Below, one piece after another: positions 8,966 through 20,459 of a DNA stretch of 34,485 nt (positions within the stretch are counted from its first letter, which is position 1; each line of letters opens with the position of its first letter). The stretch lies in NCBI GenBank assembly GCA_964499315.1, contig CAZCKQ010000001.1:1-34485 (forward strand), read 5' to 3'. The notes under the pieces were generated by a model. It searched no databases, was not told the origin of the DNA, and saw nothing but the letters and a program-made list of their open reading frames with translations. This DNA is from an uncultured Eubacteriales bacterium. Its GTDB lineage: Bacteria; Bacillota; Clostridia; Acetivibrionales; CAYWGM01. Both the position numbers and the translations under genes were made by a program.

Positions 8966-10032
8966 CCATTTTAATAAAAATCGATCCGGACGCGATTGAT
9001 GCGGACAAGCTCAGGACTGCGGCGGATATAATAACGGGCGGAGGTATCGTCGCATTCCCTACGGAAACGGTCTACGGGCTGGGCGCAAATGCCTTTGACA
9101 CCAAGGCCGTCGAGAAGATATTCAAGGCTAAAGGACGTCCACAGGATAATCCATTGATACTCCACATATCGGAATTTGAAGACATCGGCAAGTTGACAGA
9201 GGAGATCCCGCAGATCGCCGAAAAACTGGCAGCAGCTTTCTGGCCGGGTCCCATGACGCTTGTCATGAAGAAAAGCCGATTGGTACCTTATAATGCTACA
9301 GCCGGGCTTGACACGGTGGCAATCCGTATGCCCGCGCATCCTGTGGCCGCAGCGCTTATCAAACTTGCAGGCGTTCCGATCGCAGCGCCAAGCGCCAATA
9401 TTTCAGGCGCCCCCAGTCCTACGAACGCCGATCATGTGCTGCGCGACCTGGACGGCAGGATCGATGCGGTCATAGATTCCGGAAGCACACATATCGGCCT
9501 TGAGTCGACAGTCATAGATATTACGTCAAATCGCCCCATAATCCTGAGACCGGGCGCAGTTACCCGGGAACAAGTTGAGGAATTGACGGCAAGCTTCATT
9601 GAAGAAGATACCGGAGAAGAAGATGCCGGACCCTTGTCCACGGGCCGGTCGGACGGCGCGCCGCGCTCGCCGGGAGTCAAACACAGGCACTATTCCCCTA
9701 AAGCCTCATTAATGGTAATCGATGGTAAAGCAGGCAAAGCCGCGGATGTAGCAGCCACGATCGCTTCCAAATTCATATCGGCAGGCAGGAAAACGGCTGT
9801 AATGGCAACTGATGAGACGTTGGACATGTATGGCGGTATTCCGGACGTATATTCAATGGGCGCCCGCTCCGACCCATCGACTATCGCAGCCGGTATCTAT
9901 TCGCTGCTCAGAAAGCTCGACAGCCTGGAGTATGAGGTTATAATCGCCGAATCCATCGAAGATAAAGGGTTGGGCGCCGCCATAATGAACAGACTGAACA
10001 AGGCTTCCGGGTATAATATAATCAAGGTGTGA
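8962..10032 (+). CDS. tsaC: L-threonylcarbamoyladenylate synthase, long Sua5/YwlC form
   Basis: GGIVAFPTETVYGLGANAF, APSANISG, and SPGVKHRHYSP in the C-terminal Sua5 domain. I chose ATG 8962 (ATGA overlap with the ZIP stop). The ORF-track start 8824 would overlap ZIP by 140 nt. Confidence 0.9.
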   Translation: MTILIKIDPDAIDADKLRTAADIITGGGIVAFPTETVYGLGANAFDTKAVEKIFKAKGRPQDNPLILHISEFEDIGKLTEEIPQIAEKLAAAFWPGPMTLVMKKSRLVPYNATAGLDTVAIRMPAHPVAAALIKLAGVPIAAPSANISGAPSPTNADHVLRDLDGRIDAVIDSGSTHIGLESTVIDITSNRPIILRPGAVTREQVEELTASFIEEDTGEEDAGPLSTGRSDGAPRSPGVKHRHYSPKASLMVIDGKAGKAADVAATIASKFISAGRKTAVMATDETLDMYGGIPDVYSMGARSDPSTIAAGIYSLLRKLDSLEYEVIIAESIEDKGLGAAIMNRLNKASGYNIIKV

Positions 10033-10034
10033 TT

Positions 10035-10514
10035 ATGAAAAAGATTTTGTTCGTTTGTACCGGCAACACCTGCAGGAGCATCATGGCAGAAGCTTTATTC
10101 ATGAATATCATAAAAAAGGATGCGGACATCGCCGGCGAGTATACGGCGGGTTCGGCGGGCATATCGGCTGCCGCAGGCCAGCCGCCGAGCGGCGGTGCGG
10201 TCAGGGTGCTGCGAAACAGATGGGGTATCGAAATATCGCATTTGGGGTCGAAACAATTAACCCAATCCGATATTGATGAGTCATGGCTCATATTGGCAAT
10301 GACAGAGGCGCATCGCGATTTCATCGTGAGTAAATGGAAAAACGCTGCCGATAAGACGTATACACTCGGCCAAGATATCGCAGATCCGTTCGGCATGCCC
10401 GACGACTATTATGAAAAATGCTCCGAAGATATCATGGAAGCGGCCGAATCGCTCGTGTCCCGTCTTAAGTCTGAAGGGGCAAGTTTTTTTGACAGCAGTG
10501 GACCGTTGCTATAA
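10035..10514 (+). CDS. low-molecular-weight protein phosphatase (YwlE-like arginine/tyrosine phosphatase)
   Basis: CX5R(S) P-loop VCTGNTCRS near the N-terminus and a DP loop DIADPFG. AAGGTG SD 6 nt before ATG 10035. Confidence 0.8.
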   Translation: MKKILFVCTGNTCRSIMAEALFMNIIKKDADIAGEYTAGSAGISAAAGQPPSGGAVRVLRNRWGIEISHLGSKQLTQSDIDESWLILAMTEAHRDFIVSKWKNAADKTYTLGQDIADPFGMPDDYYEKCSEDIMEAAESLVSRLKSEGASFFDSSGPLL

Positions 10515-10546
10515 AATATTTATAATATCCGTCCACGGAGGTTATT

Positions 10547-10993
10547 ATGATTGCAATAGGAAGCGACCACGGAGGATATGCGTTAAAAAACGATATCATA
10601 CGCCATTTTAAGGATAAAGGAATCAGCTATAAGGATTTTGGCACATTCGACGACGGGGCATCCGTCGATTACCCCGACTTCACAAGGATAGTAGCGCTTG
10701 CAGTTATAAGCGGCGAGTGTGAATCAGGGATAATAGTTTGCGGCACGGGTATCGGCGTTGCGATAGCGGCCAACAAATTCCGGGGTATCCGCGCGGCGCT
10801 CTGCACAAACTGCTACATGGCCAAGATGGCCAGACAGCATAACGACGCCAATATCCTTACCCTCGGGGGAAGAGTGTTGGGCGCCGGCCTCGCTTTGGAC
10901 ATAGTCGATACATTTCTAGGCACATCCTTCTCAGGCGGCCATCATATCAAGCGTCTGGACAAGATTGCAGAAATTGAAAACGGGACGGAATGA
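10547..10993 (+). CDS. rpiB: ribose-5-phosphate isomerase B
   Basis: [11 protein letters not shown] and [20 protein letters not shown] upstream. Confidence 0.92.
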   Translation: MIAIGSDHGGYALKNDIIRHFKDKGISYKDFGTFDDGASVDYPDFTRIVALAVISGECESGIIVCGTGIGVAIAANKFRGIRAALCTNCYMAKMARQHNDANILTLGGRVLGAGLALDIVDTFLGTSFSGGHHIKRLDKIAEIENGTE

Positions 10994-11013
10994 GGAGAAT
11001 CGTGGAGGATCGT

Positions 11014-11484
11014 ATGGACAATCTGTTAAGCTCAATTGATAAAACGCGGCCTTCCTGGGATGAATACTTCATGCAGATAGTAGAATTAATCAAAACAAGG
11101 TCAACCTGTCTGAGAAGGCAGGTCGGGGCTCTGATTGTAAAGGACAGGCGGATACTGGCCACAGGTTATAACGGCGCTCCGACAGGGTGCAAGCACTGTA
11201 CCGGACTCGGCTGCCTGCGCGAAGAGCTTGACGTGCCGTCAGGACAACGCCATGAGCTTTGCAGGGGCATACATGCCGAGCAGAATGCCATAGTACAGGC
11301 GGCATTTTCCGGTACGAGCGTCAAAGAAGGGACCATGTATGTGACATGCCAGCCATGCGTGTTATGCGCAAAAATGGCAATAAACGCAGGAATAAAAAAG
11401 ATAGTATTTAAGGGGTCGTACCCTGACGACCTGTCGATGAACCTTCTTAAAGAAGCAGGTGTCAGGATCGTCAAATATGATTAA
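11014..11484 (+). CDS. comEB: dCMP deaminase (ComEB family)
   Basis: Zinc motifs HAEQNA and [11 protein letters not shown] 11014 has a GGAGGA SD 4-5 nt upstream. The track start 10990 lacks one. Confidence 0.85.
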   Translation: MDNLLSSIDKTRPSWDEYFMQIVELIKTRSTCLRRQVGALIVKDRRILATGYNGAPTGCKHCTGLGCLREELDVPSGQRHELCRGIHAEQNAIVQAAFSGTSVKEGTMYVTCQPCVLCAKMAINAGIKKIVFKGSYPDDLSMNLLKEAGVRIVKYD

Positions 11485-12568
11485 CTATGTAATGTCGTTC
11501 CTTATTGCGCTGATAATATCCTTCATGGCCACGCCGATAGCCAGGAAGGTCGGATTCAGCATCGGCGCCGTTGACATGCCCGGCGAAAAAAGGCGCATGC
11601 ACAGCAGGCCGATAACACGGTTCGGCGGGGCGTCCATCTTAACAGGTTTTCTATTATCATTCGTCTTCCAGATAATATCAGACGCAGCCGGCGGCAACCA
11701 GCCATTCGCATCCTCACGGCAGATACTCGGATTGCTTGCCGGGATAGTTATAGTGGCGGCTGTAGGGGTCATGGACGATGTCAGACACCTCAGGGCGGGA
11801 GTGAAATTCCTGTGCCATCTCGCCGCGGCGACCGCGTTCGTATTCATATCGGGCACACGTATAACGAGCATAACCAATCCGTTTTCACCTTTGGGATATT
11901 CAACATTGCCTGATTTCATCACCTACCCGCTTTCTATTTTATGGATCATCGGCATTACAAACGCCATAAACCTGATCGACGGACTGGATGGACTTGCGGC
12001 AGGCGTTACGGCGATATCTTCTCTTTCGCTTTTTTTCGTTTCAATACTAAGCCCGAACATCGATGTTTTTACGGCGACAGTAACCGCGGCCATCGCTGGC
12101 TGCACCCTTGGCTTTCTGCCGTTTAATTTCAACCCCGCCAAGATCATCATGGGCGATACGGGAGCATACTTCCTCGGGTTTACACTCGGAGCCATTTCCA
12201 TCCAGGGTGCGCTGAAGACATACGCCACCATCTCGATCGTCATTCCGCTCCTTATCCTTGGATTACCGCTAATTGACACATTCTTCGCAATACTGCGCAG
12301 GATCATCACCAGAAAGCCGATAATGGCCCCTGACAGAGGCCACCTGCATCATAAACTCATCGATATGGGACTGAGCCACAGGCAATCGGTGATTGTGATG
12401 TATATAGTAAGCGCGGTCTTGGGATTGTGCGCCATCGTCCTTGCAAATAAAGGCATCCTGCCCGCGATAATACTCCTTATTGCAGTATCCGTCTTTGTGA
12501 TCGGCGGAGCCAGGTATATGGCCGAAATCAACAACGAAGAAGATATTATCGATAAAAAGGAGAAGTAA
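11477..12568 (+). CDS. polyprenyl-phosphate N-acetylhexosamine-1-phosphate transferase (MraY/WecA/TagO family)
   Basis: About 10 TM segments and the motif [15 protein letters not shown]. Start ATG 11477 overlaps the comEB stop by 8 nt. The alternative is ATG 11459. Confidence 0.85.
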   Translation: MINYVMSFLIALIISFMATPIARKVGFSIGAVDMPGEKRRMHSRPITRFGGASILTGFLLSFVFQIISDAAGGNQPFASSRQILGLLAGIVIVAAVGVMDDVRHLRAGVKFLCHLAAATAFVFISGTRITSITNPFSPLGYSTLPDFITYPLSILWIIGITNAINLIDGLDGLAAGVTAISSLSLFFVSILSPNIDVFTATVTAAIAGCTLGFLPFNFNPAKIIMGDTGAYFLGFTLGAISIQGALKTYATISIVIPLLILGLPLIDTFFAILRRIITRKPIMAPDRGHLHHKLIDMGLSHRQSVIVMYIVSAVLGLCAIVLANKGILPAIILLIAVSVFVIGGARYMAEINNEEDIIDKKEK

Positions 12569-12575
12569 AATACAG

Positions 12576-13730
12576 ATGAAGAGACTGAGAGCCGCAGTCG
12601 TTTTCGGCACAAGGCCCGACGCCATCAAAATGGCGCCTCTTATCAGGAAAATGCAGGCTGATCCAAAGATCGAAACCCTTGTCTGTTCGACAGGGCAGCA
12701 CCGTGAGATGCTGGATCAGGTCCTTGAAATATTCGATATAAAACCTGATTTTGATTTGAATATAATGCAGGAAAGCCAGTCGCTGGAACATATCACAACG
12801 AAGGCGCTCGGAGGATTGTGCAACATTTTTGACACGCATAAGCCGGATGTCGTTCTGGTGCACGGCGACACCACGACATGCTTTGCCGCAAGTCTGGCGG
12901 CATTCTACAGGAAGATACCGGTAGGGCATGTCGAGGCGGGCCTGCGTACATTTGACAAGTATTATCCCTACCCTGAGGAAATGAACAGAAGACTTGCCGA
13001 TATGCTTGCCGATTATCATTTCGCGCCGACCCGGTCAAACAGGTCGAACCTGGTCAATGAGGGCGTTAATCCTGACAGGATTTATATCACGGGTAATACG
13101 GTCATAGATGCGCTCAGTATTACAGTAAAAGAGAATTATGTATTTAGAAGCGAGGTCATCCGAAATCTGGACTTTTCATCAAATAAGAGATACATTCTTG
13201 TTACGGCGCATAGGCGTGAGAATATCGGAGAGCCTTTGATGAACATATGCAAGGCTTTCGTAAGAATAACGAAGCTATTTGACGATGTCGAATTCATTTA
13301 TCCGGTGCATATGAACCCGTCAGTCAAAGACACCGTCAAAAGTATGCTCGGTTCGATACCCCGTATCCATTTGACCGATCCGATCGATGTGCTCGATTTG
13401 CACAATCTTATTAATAGATCGTATTTTGTCATGACCGATTCCGGGGGCATGCAGGAGGAAGCTCCGGCGCTCGGCAAACCCGTTCTGGTGCTCAGGAACG
13501 AAACCGAAAGGCCCGAAGCTGTTGCAGCAGGGACGGTCAAGCTTGCCGGAACCGACGAAGAAAAGGTATTTCAGGCCGCATATCGACTTTTAAGCGATAA
13601 GGAAGAATTCCATAAAATGGCTAAGGCAGTCAATCCATACGGCGACGGCCATGCGTCTGAACGAATTATCGGAACCTTGCTGCATGAACTCGGTTTAAGT
13701 AGCAAAAAGCCTGTGTATTTCGATAATTAA
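12576..13730 (+). CDS. mnaA: UDP-N-acetylglucosamine 2-epimerase (non-hydrolysing)
   Basis: FGTRPDAIKMAP, HVEAGLRT, DSGGMQEEAP. Confidence 0.92.
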   Translation: MKRLRAAVVFGTRPDAIKMAPLIRKMQADPKIETLVCSTGQHREMLDQVLEIFDIKPDFDLNIMQESQSLEHITTKALGGLCNIFDTHKPDVVLVHGDTTTCFAASLAAFYRKIPVGHVEAGLRTFDKYYPYPEEMNRRLADMLADYHFAPTRSNRSNLVNEGVNPDRIYITGNTVIDALSITVKENYVFRSEVIRNLDFSSNKRYILVTAHRRENIGEPLMNICKAFVRITKLFDDVEFIYPVHMNPSVKDTVKSMLGSIPRIHLTDPIDVLDLHNLINRSYFVMTDSGGMQEEAPALGKPVLVLRNETERPEAVAAGTVKLAGTDEEKVFQAAYRLLSDKEEFHKMAKAVNPYGDGHASERIIGTLLHELGLSSKKPVYFDN

Positions 13731-13733
13731 TTA

Positions 13734-13745
13734 TGGTATTATACT
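13734..13745 (+). promoter_or_regulatory. possible extended -10 promoter for atpI (TGgTATTATACT)
   Basis: tgg-tattat (13734-13742) overlaps tatact (13740-13745). ATG 13752 follows within 6-9 nt and has no SD. The -35 is poor. Confidence 0.3.
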
Positions 13746-13751
13746 CATGAC

Positions 13752-14159
13752 ATGAACGGCAAAATTTTGAGTTTTTTATACAAAAGAATCCTGTTGTGTT
13801 ATGTTTTCCTATCAATAATCGATATATTGTTTATGAAGGACAGATGGCTCATACTCGCAGGCCTTACTATCGGAGGGGCGGCGGCGGTATTCAGGCTGAA
13901 CTATACGGCATCGATGCTGCTCAGCCTTTTTGGATCGGGCGGCGATAAAGCCGGGCAGCCGGCCTGCACGTTAAAGTATACCATCAGCCTTCTTTCACTG
14001 GTTGCGATGCTTGCGGCATCAGTTATATATGATCCATGGCTTTTCGCCGGCGCAGCGGCCGGTATTCTTATAAGCCCGATGGTAATAATGATAAACGGCT
14101 TGACAGAAGGCTTTGGGATCACCCATAACGGCTTTGGATGCGGTGGTGATGAAAATTGA
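13752..14159 (+). CDS. atpI: ATP synthase protein I-like small membrane protein
   Basis: 135-aa hydrophobic protein immediately upstream of atpB and overlapping it by 4 nt. Assigned by position and hydrophobicity only. Confidence 0.55.
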   Translation: MNGKILSFLYKRILLCYVFLSIIDILFMKDRWLILAGLTIGGAAAVFRLNYTASMLLSLFGSGGDKAGQPACTLKYTISLLSLVAMLAASVIYDPWLFAGAAAGILISPMVIMINGLTEGFGITHNGFGCGGDEN

Positions 14160-14905
14160 GTGATGAGCTTGTACACTCGCTCAATCCGGGTGAGATTTTT
14201 AATATTACATTATTCGGCCAAAAGATAACCATAACCGATACGGTCGTGGTTATGTGGATTATCATGGCCGCAATAATCATTCTCGCGCATGTCCTGACGA
14301 GGAATTTGCAGACAATACCAAAAGGGAAACAGAACTTTATCGAGGTTGTGGTGGAATTCATAAACTCACTGGCCAAAAACAATATCGGCCATTTAGGCCG
14401 GCATTTCGTCCCATACCTTGGAACGGTCCTCATATTCCTGATCATGGCTAATACAGTCTCCATTTTCAATATCCTGCCGAATGGCGAACAGCTTTACGAA
14501 CTCACTCATATAGAGTTCTTCAAGCATCTTCCGTCAATCAGTATGAGGCCTCCTACGCGCGATGTGAATGCAACCGCCGCAATGGCCTTGATGTCTATTG
14601 TGCTGGTCCTTGCCGCAGGTATCCGGTACAAGAAGTTTTCCGGATGGCTCAGGAGTTTCGTACAGCCAGTTCCGGTCGTATTGCCATTCAAGGTGCTTGA
14701 TTACTTCATCAGGCCGGTATCCTTATGCTTCCGGCTTTTTGGCAATATACTCGGGGCCTTTCTGGTTATGGAACTGCTTTATGCGGCTATACCGCTGATT
14801 TTACCCGCTGCGGTAAGTATTTACTTCGACTTGTTTGATGGTATATTACAGGCATATATATTTGTTTTTTTGACATCTTTATATATTTCAGAAGCGGTTG
14901 AGTGA
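14156..14905 (+). CDS. atpB: F0 ATP synthase subunit a
   Basis: Conserved arginine motif FRLFGNILG; multi-TM. Confidence 0.93.
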   Translation: MSDELVHSLNPGEIFNITLFGQKITITDTVVVMWIIMAAIIILAHVLTRNLQTIPKGKQNFIEVVVEFINSLAKNNIGHLGRHFVPYLGTVLIFLIMANTVSIFNILPNGEQLYELTHIEFFKHLPSISMRPPTRDVNATAAMALMSIVLVLAAGIRYKKFSGWLRSFVQPVPVVLPFKVLDYFIRPVSLCFRLFGNILGAFLVMELLYAAIPLILPAAVSIYFDLFDGILQAYIFVFLTSLYISEAVE

Positions 14906-14917
14906 GGAGGTGAAGTC

Positions 14918-15151
14918 ATGGACGTCAACATTTACATCGCGATATCGGCGGCAATTGCCGTGTTCGTGGGTATTGGCGCCGGAGTCGGAATCAGCTTTGC
15001 TACTGCAAGAGCGGCGGAATCGGTTGCAAGACAGCCTGAAGCAGCAAGCAAGATAATGAGCGTAACATTGCTGGGTACGGCTTTGGCAGAAGCAACTGCA
15101 ATATACGGTTTTGTTATCGCAATCATCCTGCTCATGTTGAAGTGGGCATAA
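14918..15151 (+). CDS. atpE: F0 ATP synthase subunit c
   Basis: 77 aa with loop ARQPE and carboxylate helix [20 protein letters not shown] upstream. Confidence 0.95.
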   Translation: MDVNIYIAISAAIAVFVGIGAGVGISFATARAAESVARQPEAASKIMSVTLLGTALAEATAIYGFVIAIILLMLKWA

Positions 15152-15180
15152 TTGCGGACAGATGAAGAAAGGCGGAGAAT

Positions 15181-15666
15181 ATGTTTAAATTTCACCTGCC
15201 TACGTTTATCTTTGTAATAATAAACCTGCTCGTCCTTTATTTTATACTGAAAAGGATGCTGTTTAAACCTGTTTCTCAGTATATGGAAAACAGGTCCAGG
15301 TCCATCAGCGAAGCCATTGAAGACGCAAACAGAAAAAGGGCGGAGGCGGATGAACTGCTGCAAAGATATGAGTCCGTTATCAGGCGATCCGAAGAGGAAG
15401 CCGAACGTATAATCGCGGAATCAAGGGAAAAAGCGGCAAAGGATTATGATTCAATGATAAGCAAGGCAAAAAATGAATATGAAGCAATGCTGGCTAAAGC
15501 CGGAGAAGAAATCGAGATACAGAGGGCGGAGATGCTCAAAAGCGTGAGGAACGAAGCTGCCAGCCTTGCTTTGGCGGCGGCATCGCGCCTGCTTGAGTAT
15601 AACATCGATAATGAGGCCAACAGACGGCTTGCAGAAAGCTTCATCAGCCAGGAGGGGGTCGCCTGA
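15181..15666 (+). CDS. atpF: F0 ATP synthase subunit b
   Basis: One N-terminal TM followed by a long charged helix. Operon position supports the call. Confidence 0.85.
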   Translation: MFKFHLPTFIFVIINLLVLYFILKRMLFKPVSQYMENRSRSISEAIEDANRKRAEADELLQRYESVIRRSEEEAERIIAESREKAAKDYDSMISKAKNEYEAMLAKAGEEIEIQRAEMLKSVRNEAASLALAAASRLLEYNIDNEANRRLAESFISQEGVA

Positions 15667-16214
15667 TGCCGGCAGTCGATAAAAGGTATGCCGAGGCGCT
15701 GGCGGATATAGCATCGGCGCAGGATTCGACGGAGCAATACAGGGAAGACCTCGGTTCGATAAACCAAATAATCAGTTCGAATCCTGACTTTGCGCGGCTG
15801 CTACGTAACCCTGTAATTCCATTGCAACAAAAGCGTGAAATGATCAAAAAAGTTTTCTCGGCGGATTACAGGCCGGAATTAGTGAATTTGCTGCTTCTGC
15901 TCATTGAAAAAGGCCGGATATCCAACCTCGGCTACATCCTTGCGGAATACGGCAAAATAGTCGACGCAAGGGCAAAAACGCTCGATATTAAGATATTTTC
16001 GGCAACCCCTCTCGATGACGGATATGTCGGCAACCTCAGTGAAATATACAGGAAAAAGTACGGCGCGTCTTCGGCCAGGGCCACAGTCGTAGTGGACAGA
16101 GACCTGATCGGAGGGATTAAGGTAATGATAGGCGGCAAGATGATTGACGGCTCAATAAGCGGAAGGTTGAATGATTTAAAAAAGACAGTTTTGCAGGCGG
16201 GGTGGAGACAATGA
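15666..16214 (+). CDS. atpH: F1 ATP synthase subunit delta (OSCP)
   Basis: [11 protein letters not shown]-terminus and IGGIKV...[10 protein letters not shown]-terminus. TGATG overlap with atpF. Confidence 0.85.
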   Translation: MPAVDKRYAEALADIASAQDSTEQYREDLGSINQIISSNPDFARLLRNPVIPLQQKREMIKKVFSADYRPELVNLLLLLIEKGRISNLGYILAEYGKIVDARAKTLDIKIFSATPLDDGYVGNLSEIYRKKYGASSARATVVVDRDLIGGIKVMIGGKMIDGSISGRLNDLKKTVLQAGWRQ

Positions 16215-17734
16215 AATTAAGACCGGATGAAATAAGCTCGATTATCCGGCAGCAGATCGAGAATTACAACGTGCATATCACGACCGAAGACATTGGACGC
16301 GTACTTTCGGCAGGAGACGGCATCGCAAGATTATATGGGCTCGAAAGCTGCATGTTCGGAGAACTGCTGGAGTTTGAGAACGGCGCTTTCGGTATGGCGC
16401 TAAATCTTGAGGAAGATAATATCGGGTGCGTCCTGTTGGGTAACAGCACGGAGATAAAAGAAGGGTCCCAGGTCAGAAGGACTGGAAAAACAGTCGAAGT
16501 ACCGGTCGGAAGAGAATTGACAGGCCGCGTTGTTGATCCCCTCGGAAAACCACTGGACGGAAAAGGAGATATTGCGGCAAACAAATACAGGCCCATAGAA
16601 TTTCTGGCGCCAGGCGTCATCGAACGTAAATCAGTCGACAGGCCGCTGCAGACGGGGATAATGGCCATCGATTCGATGATACCTATCGGAAGGGGCCAGC
16701 GCGAATTGATAATCGGCGACAGACAGACCGGGAAGACAGCCATCGCTGTCGATACGATAATAAATCAACGCGGCAAGGACGTCATCTGCATTTATGTGGC
16801 CATAGGGCAAAAGGCCTCTACTGTGGCTTCCATCGTAGATACGCTGCATAAATACGGCGCAATGGATTATTCAATAGTAGTCTCGTCGACTGCCAGCGAG
16901 CCGTCGACCGTGCAATACATCGCGCCGTACGCCGGATGCGCGATGGCGGAATACTTTATGTATGATGAACATAAAGACGTACTTATAGTATACGACGACC
17001 TGTCAAAACACGCCGTGGCATACAGGGCTATGTCGTTGCTCCTCAGGAGGCCTCCGGGAAGGGAAGCCTATCCGGGTGATGTCTTCTACCTCCACTCCAG
17101 ACTTCTGGAAAGGGCCGCAAGGCTCAGCGACGACCTCGGAGGAGGGTCCATAACTGCTTTGCCGATCATAGAAACACTGGCAGGAGATGTTACCGCATAT
17201 ATACCGACAAACGTCATTTCAATCACCGACGGACAGATATACCTTGAGACACAGTTATTCTTTTCAGGCATAAGACCTGCGATAAATGTAGGATTGTCGG
17301 TATCAAGGGTCGGCAGGGCTGCGCAGATAAAAGCCATGAAAGACGTTGCCGGCTCATTGAGGATCAATTTGGCCCAATACAGGGAGCTCGCCATTTTTGC
17401 CCAGTTCGGTTCAGACCTTGACAAAGCCACGCAGAACAAGCTCGAGCAGGGAAAGAGACTGGTTGAGACTCTGAAGCAGCCGCAATATGAGACAATGCCG
17501 GTCGAGGACCAGGTAATTGTACTTTATGCGGCGATAAATAACTATCTGGCAGATATAGAGGTCAAAAAAGTCACGGATTTCAACAAGCAATTCGTTGAAT
17601 TCATGAAGGAAGCATATCCTGATGCAGGCGGGATGATTGCCAGGACAGGAGAACTGCGACCAGAAACGATAGATATTATCAAGAAAGGCATCGAAGAGTT
17701 CAAGAGTAAAAAATGGAGAACACAAGGGAAATAA
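16211..17734 (+). CDS. atpA: F1 ATP synthase subunit alpha
   Basis: Walker [12 protein letters not shown] 16211 forms an ATGA overlap with the atpH stop. GTG 16202 is also possible. Confidence 0.97.
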   Translation: MKLRPDEISSIIRQQIENYNVHITTEDIGRVLSAGDGIARLYGLESCMFGELLEFENGAFGMALNLEEDNIGCVLLGNSTEIKEGSQVRRTGKTVEVPVGRELTGRVVDPLGKPLDGKGDIAANKYRPIEFLAPGVIERKSVDRPLQTGIMAIDSMIPIGRGQRELIIGDRQTGKTAIAVDTIINQRGKDVICIYVAIGQKASTVASIVDTLHKYGAMDYSIVVSSTASEPSTVQYIAPYAGCAMAEYFMYDEHKDVLIVYDDLSKHAVAYRAMSLLLRRPPGREAYPGDVFYLHSRLLERAARLSDDLGGGSITALPIIETLAGDVTAYIPTNVISITDGQIYLETQLFFSGIRPAINVGLSVSRVGRAAQIKAMKDVAGSLRINLAQYRELAIFAQFGSDLDKATQNKLEQGKRLVETLKQPQYETMPVEDQVIVLYAAINNYLADIEVKKVTDFNKQFVEFMKEAYPDAGGMIARTGELRPETIDIIKKGIEEFKSKKWRTQGK

Positions 17735-18633
17735 GGTCCAGGATAAAGAGCATAAATGATACCAGACAGATAACGAAGGCTATGAAGCTGATTTCGGTTG
17801 CAAAGCTGAGAAAGGCAAGGCAGCAGCTGGAGTCCACTCTGCCGTACTTTAATAAGATAAAGTCTGTAATCGCCGATATCCTGACCCATAGCGGCAATAT
17901 CAGCAATATCTATGTGTCTGAAAGCGCCGCAATAAACGATGATATTTTCGGAGAAAATGCAAAACAACCAAAAAAGCCGGGCTATCTGGTGTTGACCGGC
18001 GACAAAGGGCTTGCGGGAGGATACAACAATAATATATTGAAACTGGCGGAAAGGCACATAAATGGCGATGAAGGCACACCTGCGCTTTTTATTGCAGGAC
18101 AGACCGGAAGGAGTTACTTCAGGAAAAAGGGGTATGCCATGCATCCCGATTTCGACTATCCGGTGCAGGATCCGACCATCATGAGAGCCCGGGAGATGGC
18201 CGAAACCATACTGGATTTATACAATAAAGGCGAACTCAACGAGATTTTTCTTATATACACCATGACACTATCAACGATCAACCTCAAAACGACAGTTACA
18301 AAACTGCTTCCCCTTGACCTCGAAATGCTCAGGAAGGAATTGAAGATCGATGAGACCGGACCGGGGAAACAGGATGAATCGCTTGTATACGAACCATCGG
18401 CCCAGTCGGTTTTCGATATTCTGATACGCCAATACCTGAAAGGCGTTATTTACGGAGCGCTGGTCGAGGCATTCACAAGCGAGCAGAGCGCGAGGATGAC
18501 GGCAATGGACAATGCGACCCATAGCGCCGATGATATGCTTCAGAGGCTGAACCTGCAGTATAACAGGGCGCGGCAGGCATCCATAACACGTGAGATATCG
18601 GAGATTGTAGGCGGGGCGGCAGTCCTCCATTGA
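17713..18633 (+). CDS. atpG: F1 ATP synthase subunit gamma
   Basis: [23 protein letters not shown]-terminus and [13 protein letters not shown]-terminus. Confidence 0.93.
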   Translation: MENTREIRSRIKSINDTRQITKAMKLISVAKLRKARQQLESTLPYFNKIKSVIADILTHSGNISNIYVSESAAINDDIFGENAKQPKKPGYLVLTGDKGLAGGYNNNILKLAERHINGDEGTPALFIAGQTGRSYFRKKGYAMHPDFDYPVQDPTIMRAREMAETILDLYNKGELNEIFLIYTMTLSTINLKTTVTKLLPLDLEMLRKELKIDETGPGKQDESLVYEPSAQSVFDILIRQYLKGVIYGALVEAFTSEQSARMTAMDNATHSADDMLQRLNLQYNRARQASITREISEIVGGAAVLH

Positions 18634-18637
18634 ATAA

Positions 18638-20047
<1,410 letters not shown>

Positions 20048-20051
20048 ATCG

Positions 20052-20459
20052 GTGGCATCGGAATTCTTCCTTGAAATCATTACGCCCGAAAGGAAATTCT
20101 TCGCCGGACAGGTCGGGATGGTCGTCCTCAAGACGCCCAACGGTGAAATGGGAATCCTTAAAGACCATCTCCCTATGGTTGTCGCCGTGTCGATAGGCCC
20201 CCTCAGGATGCTTGTCGACGGCGCATGGCAGCACGCGGTCGTGGGTGAAGGGTTTATGGAGATCACACATGATAAAACGACAATCATGGCGGATACCGCC
20301 GAATGGCCGCATGAAATCGATGAAAACAGGGCGCGCGCCGCTGCAGAAAGGGCAAAGGAAAGGCTGACCAGACAACTGAGCCATATAGAATATATGCGTT
20401 CTCAGGCAGCCCTGTCAAAAGCCCTTGCCCGGCTTAAAGTCAAGAGGGATTATAAATAG
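20052..20459 (+). CDS. atpC: F1 ATP synthase subunit epsilon
   Basis: 135 aa at the last operon position, with a typical beta-sandwich plus helical hairpin pattern. GTG start. Confidence 0.9.
   Translation: MASEFFLEIITPERKFFAGQVGMVVLKTPNGEMGILKDHLPMVVAVSIGPLRMLVDGAWQHAVVGEGFMEITHDKTTIMADTAEWPHEIDENRARAAAERAKERLTRQLSHIEYMRSQAALSKALARLKVKRDYK

Noticed and set aside
14918-15151. Na+-translocating c-subunit signature
   Set aside because: Helix 2 has E-A-T...Y, but helix 1 has Ile (GVGISF) where the Na+-binding Gln is expected, and Ser after the Glu is replaced by Ala. The most likely reading is a proton-coupled enzyme.
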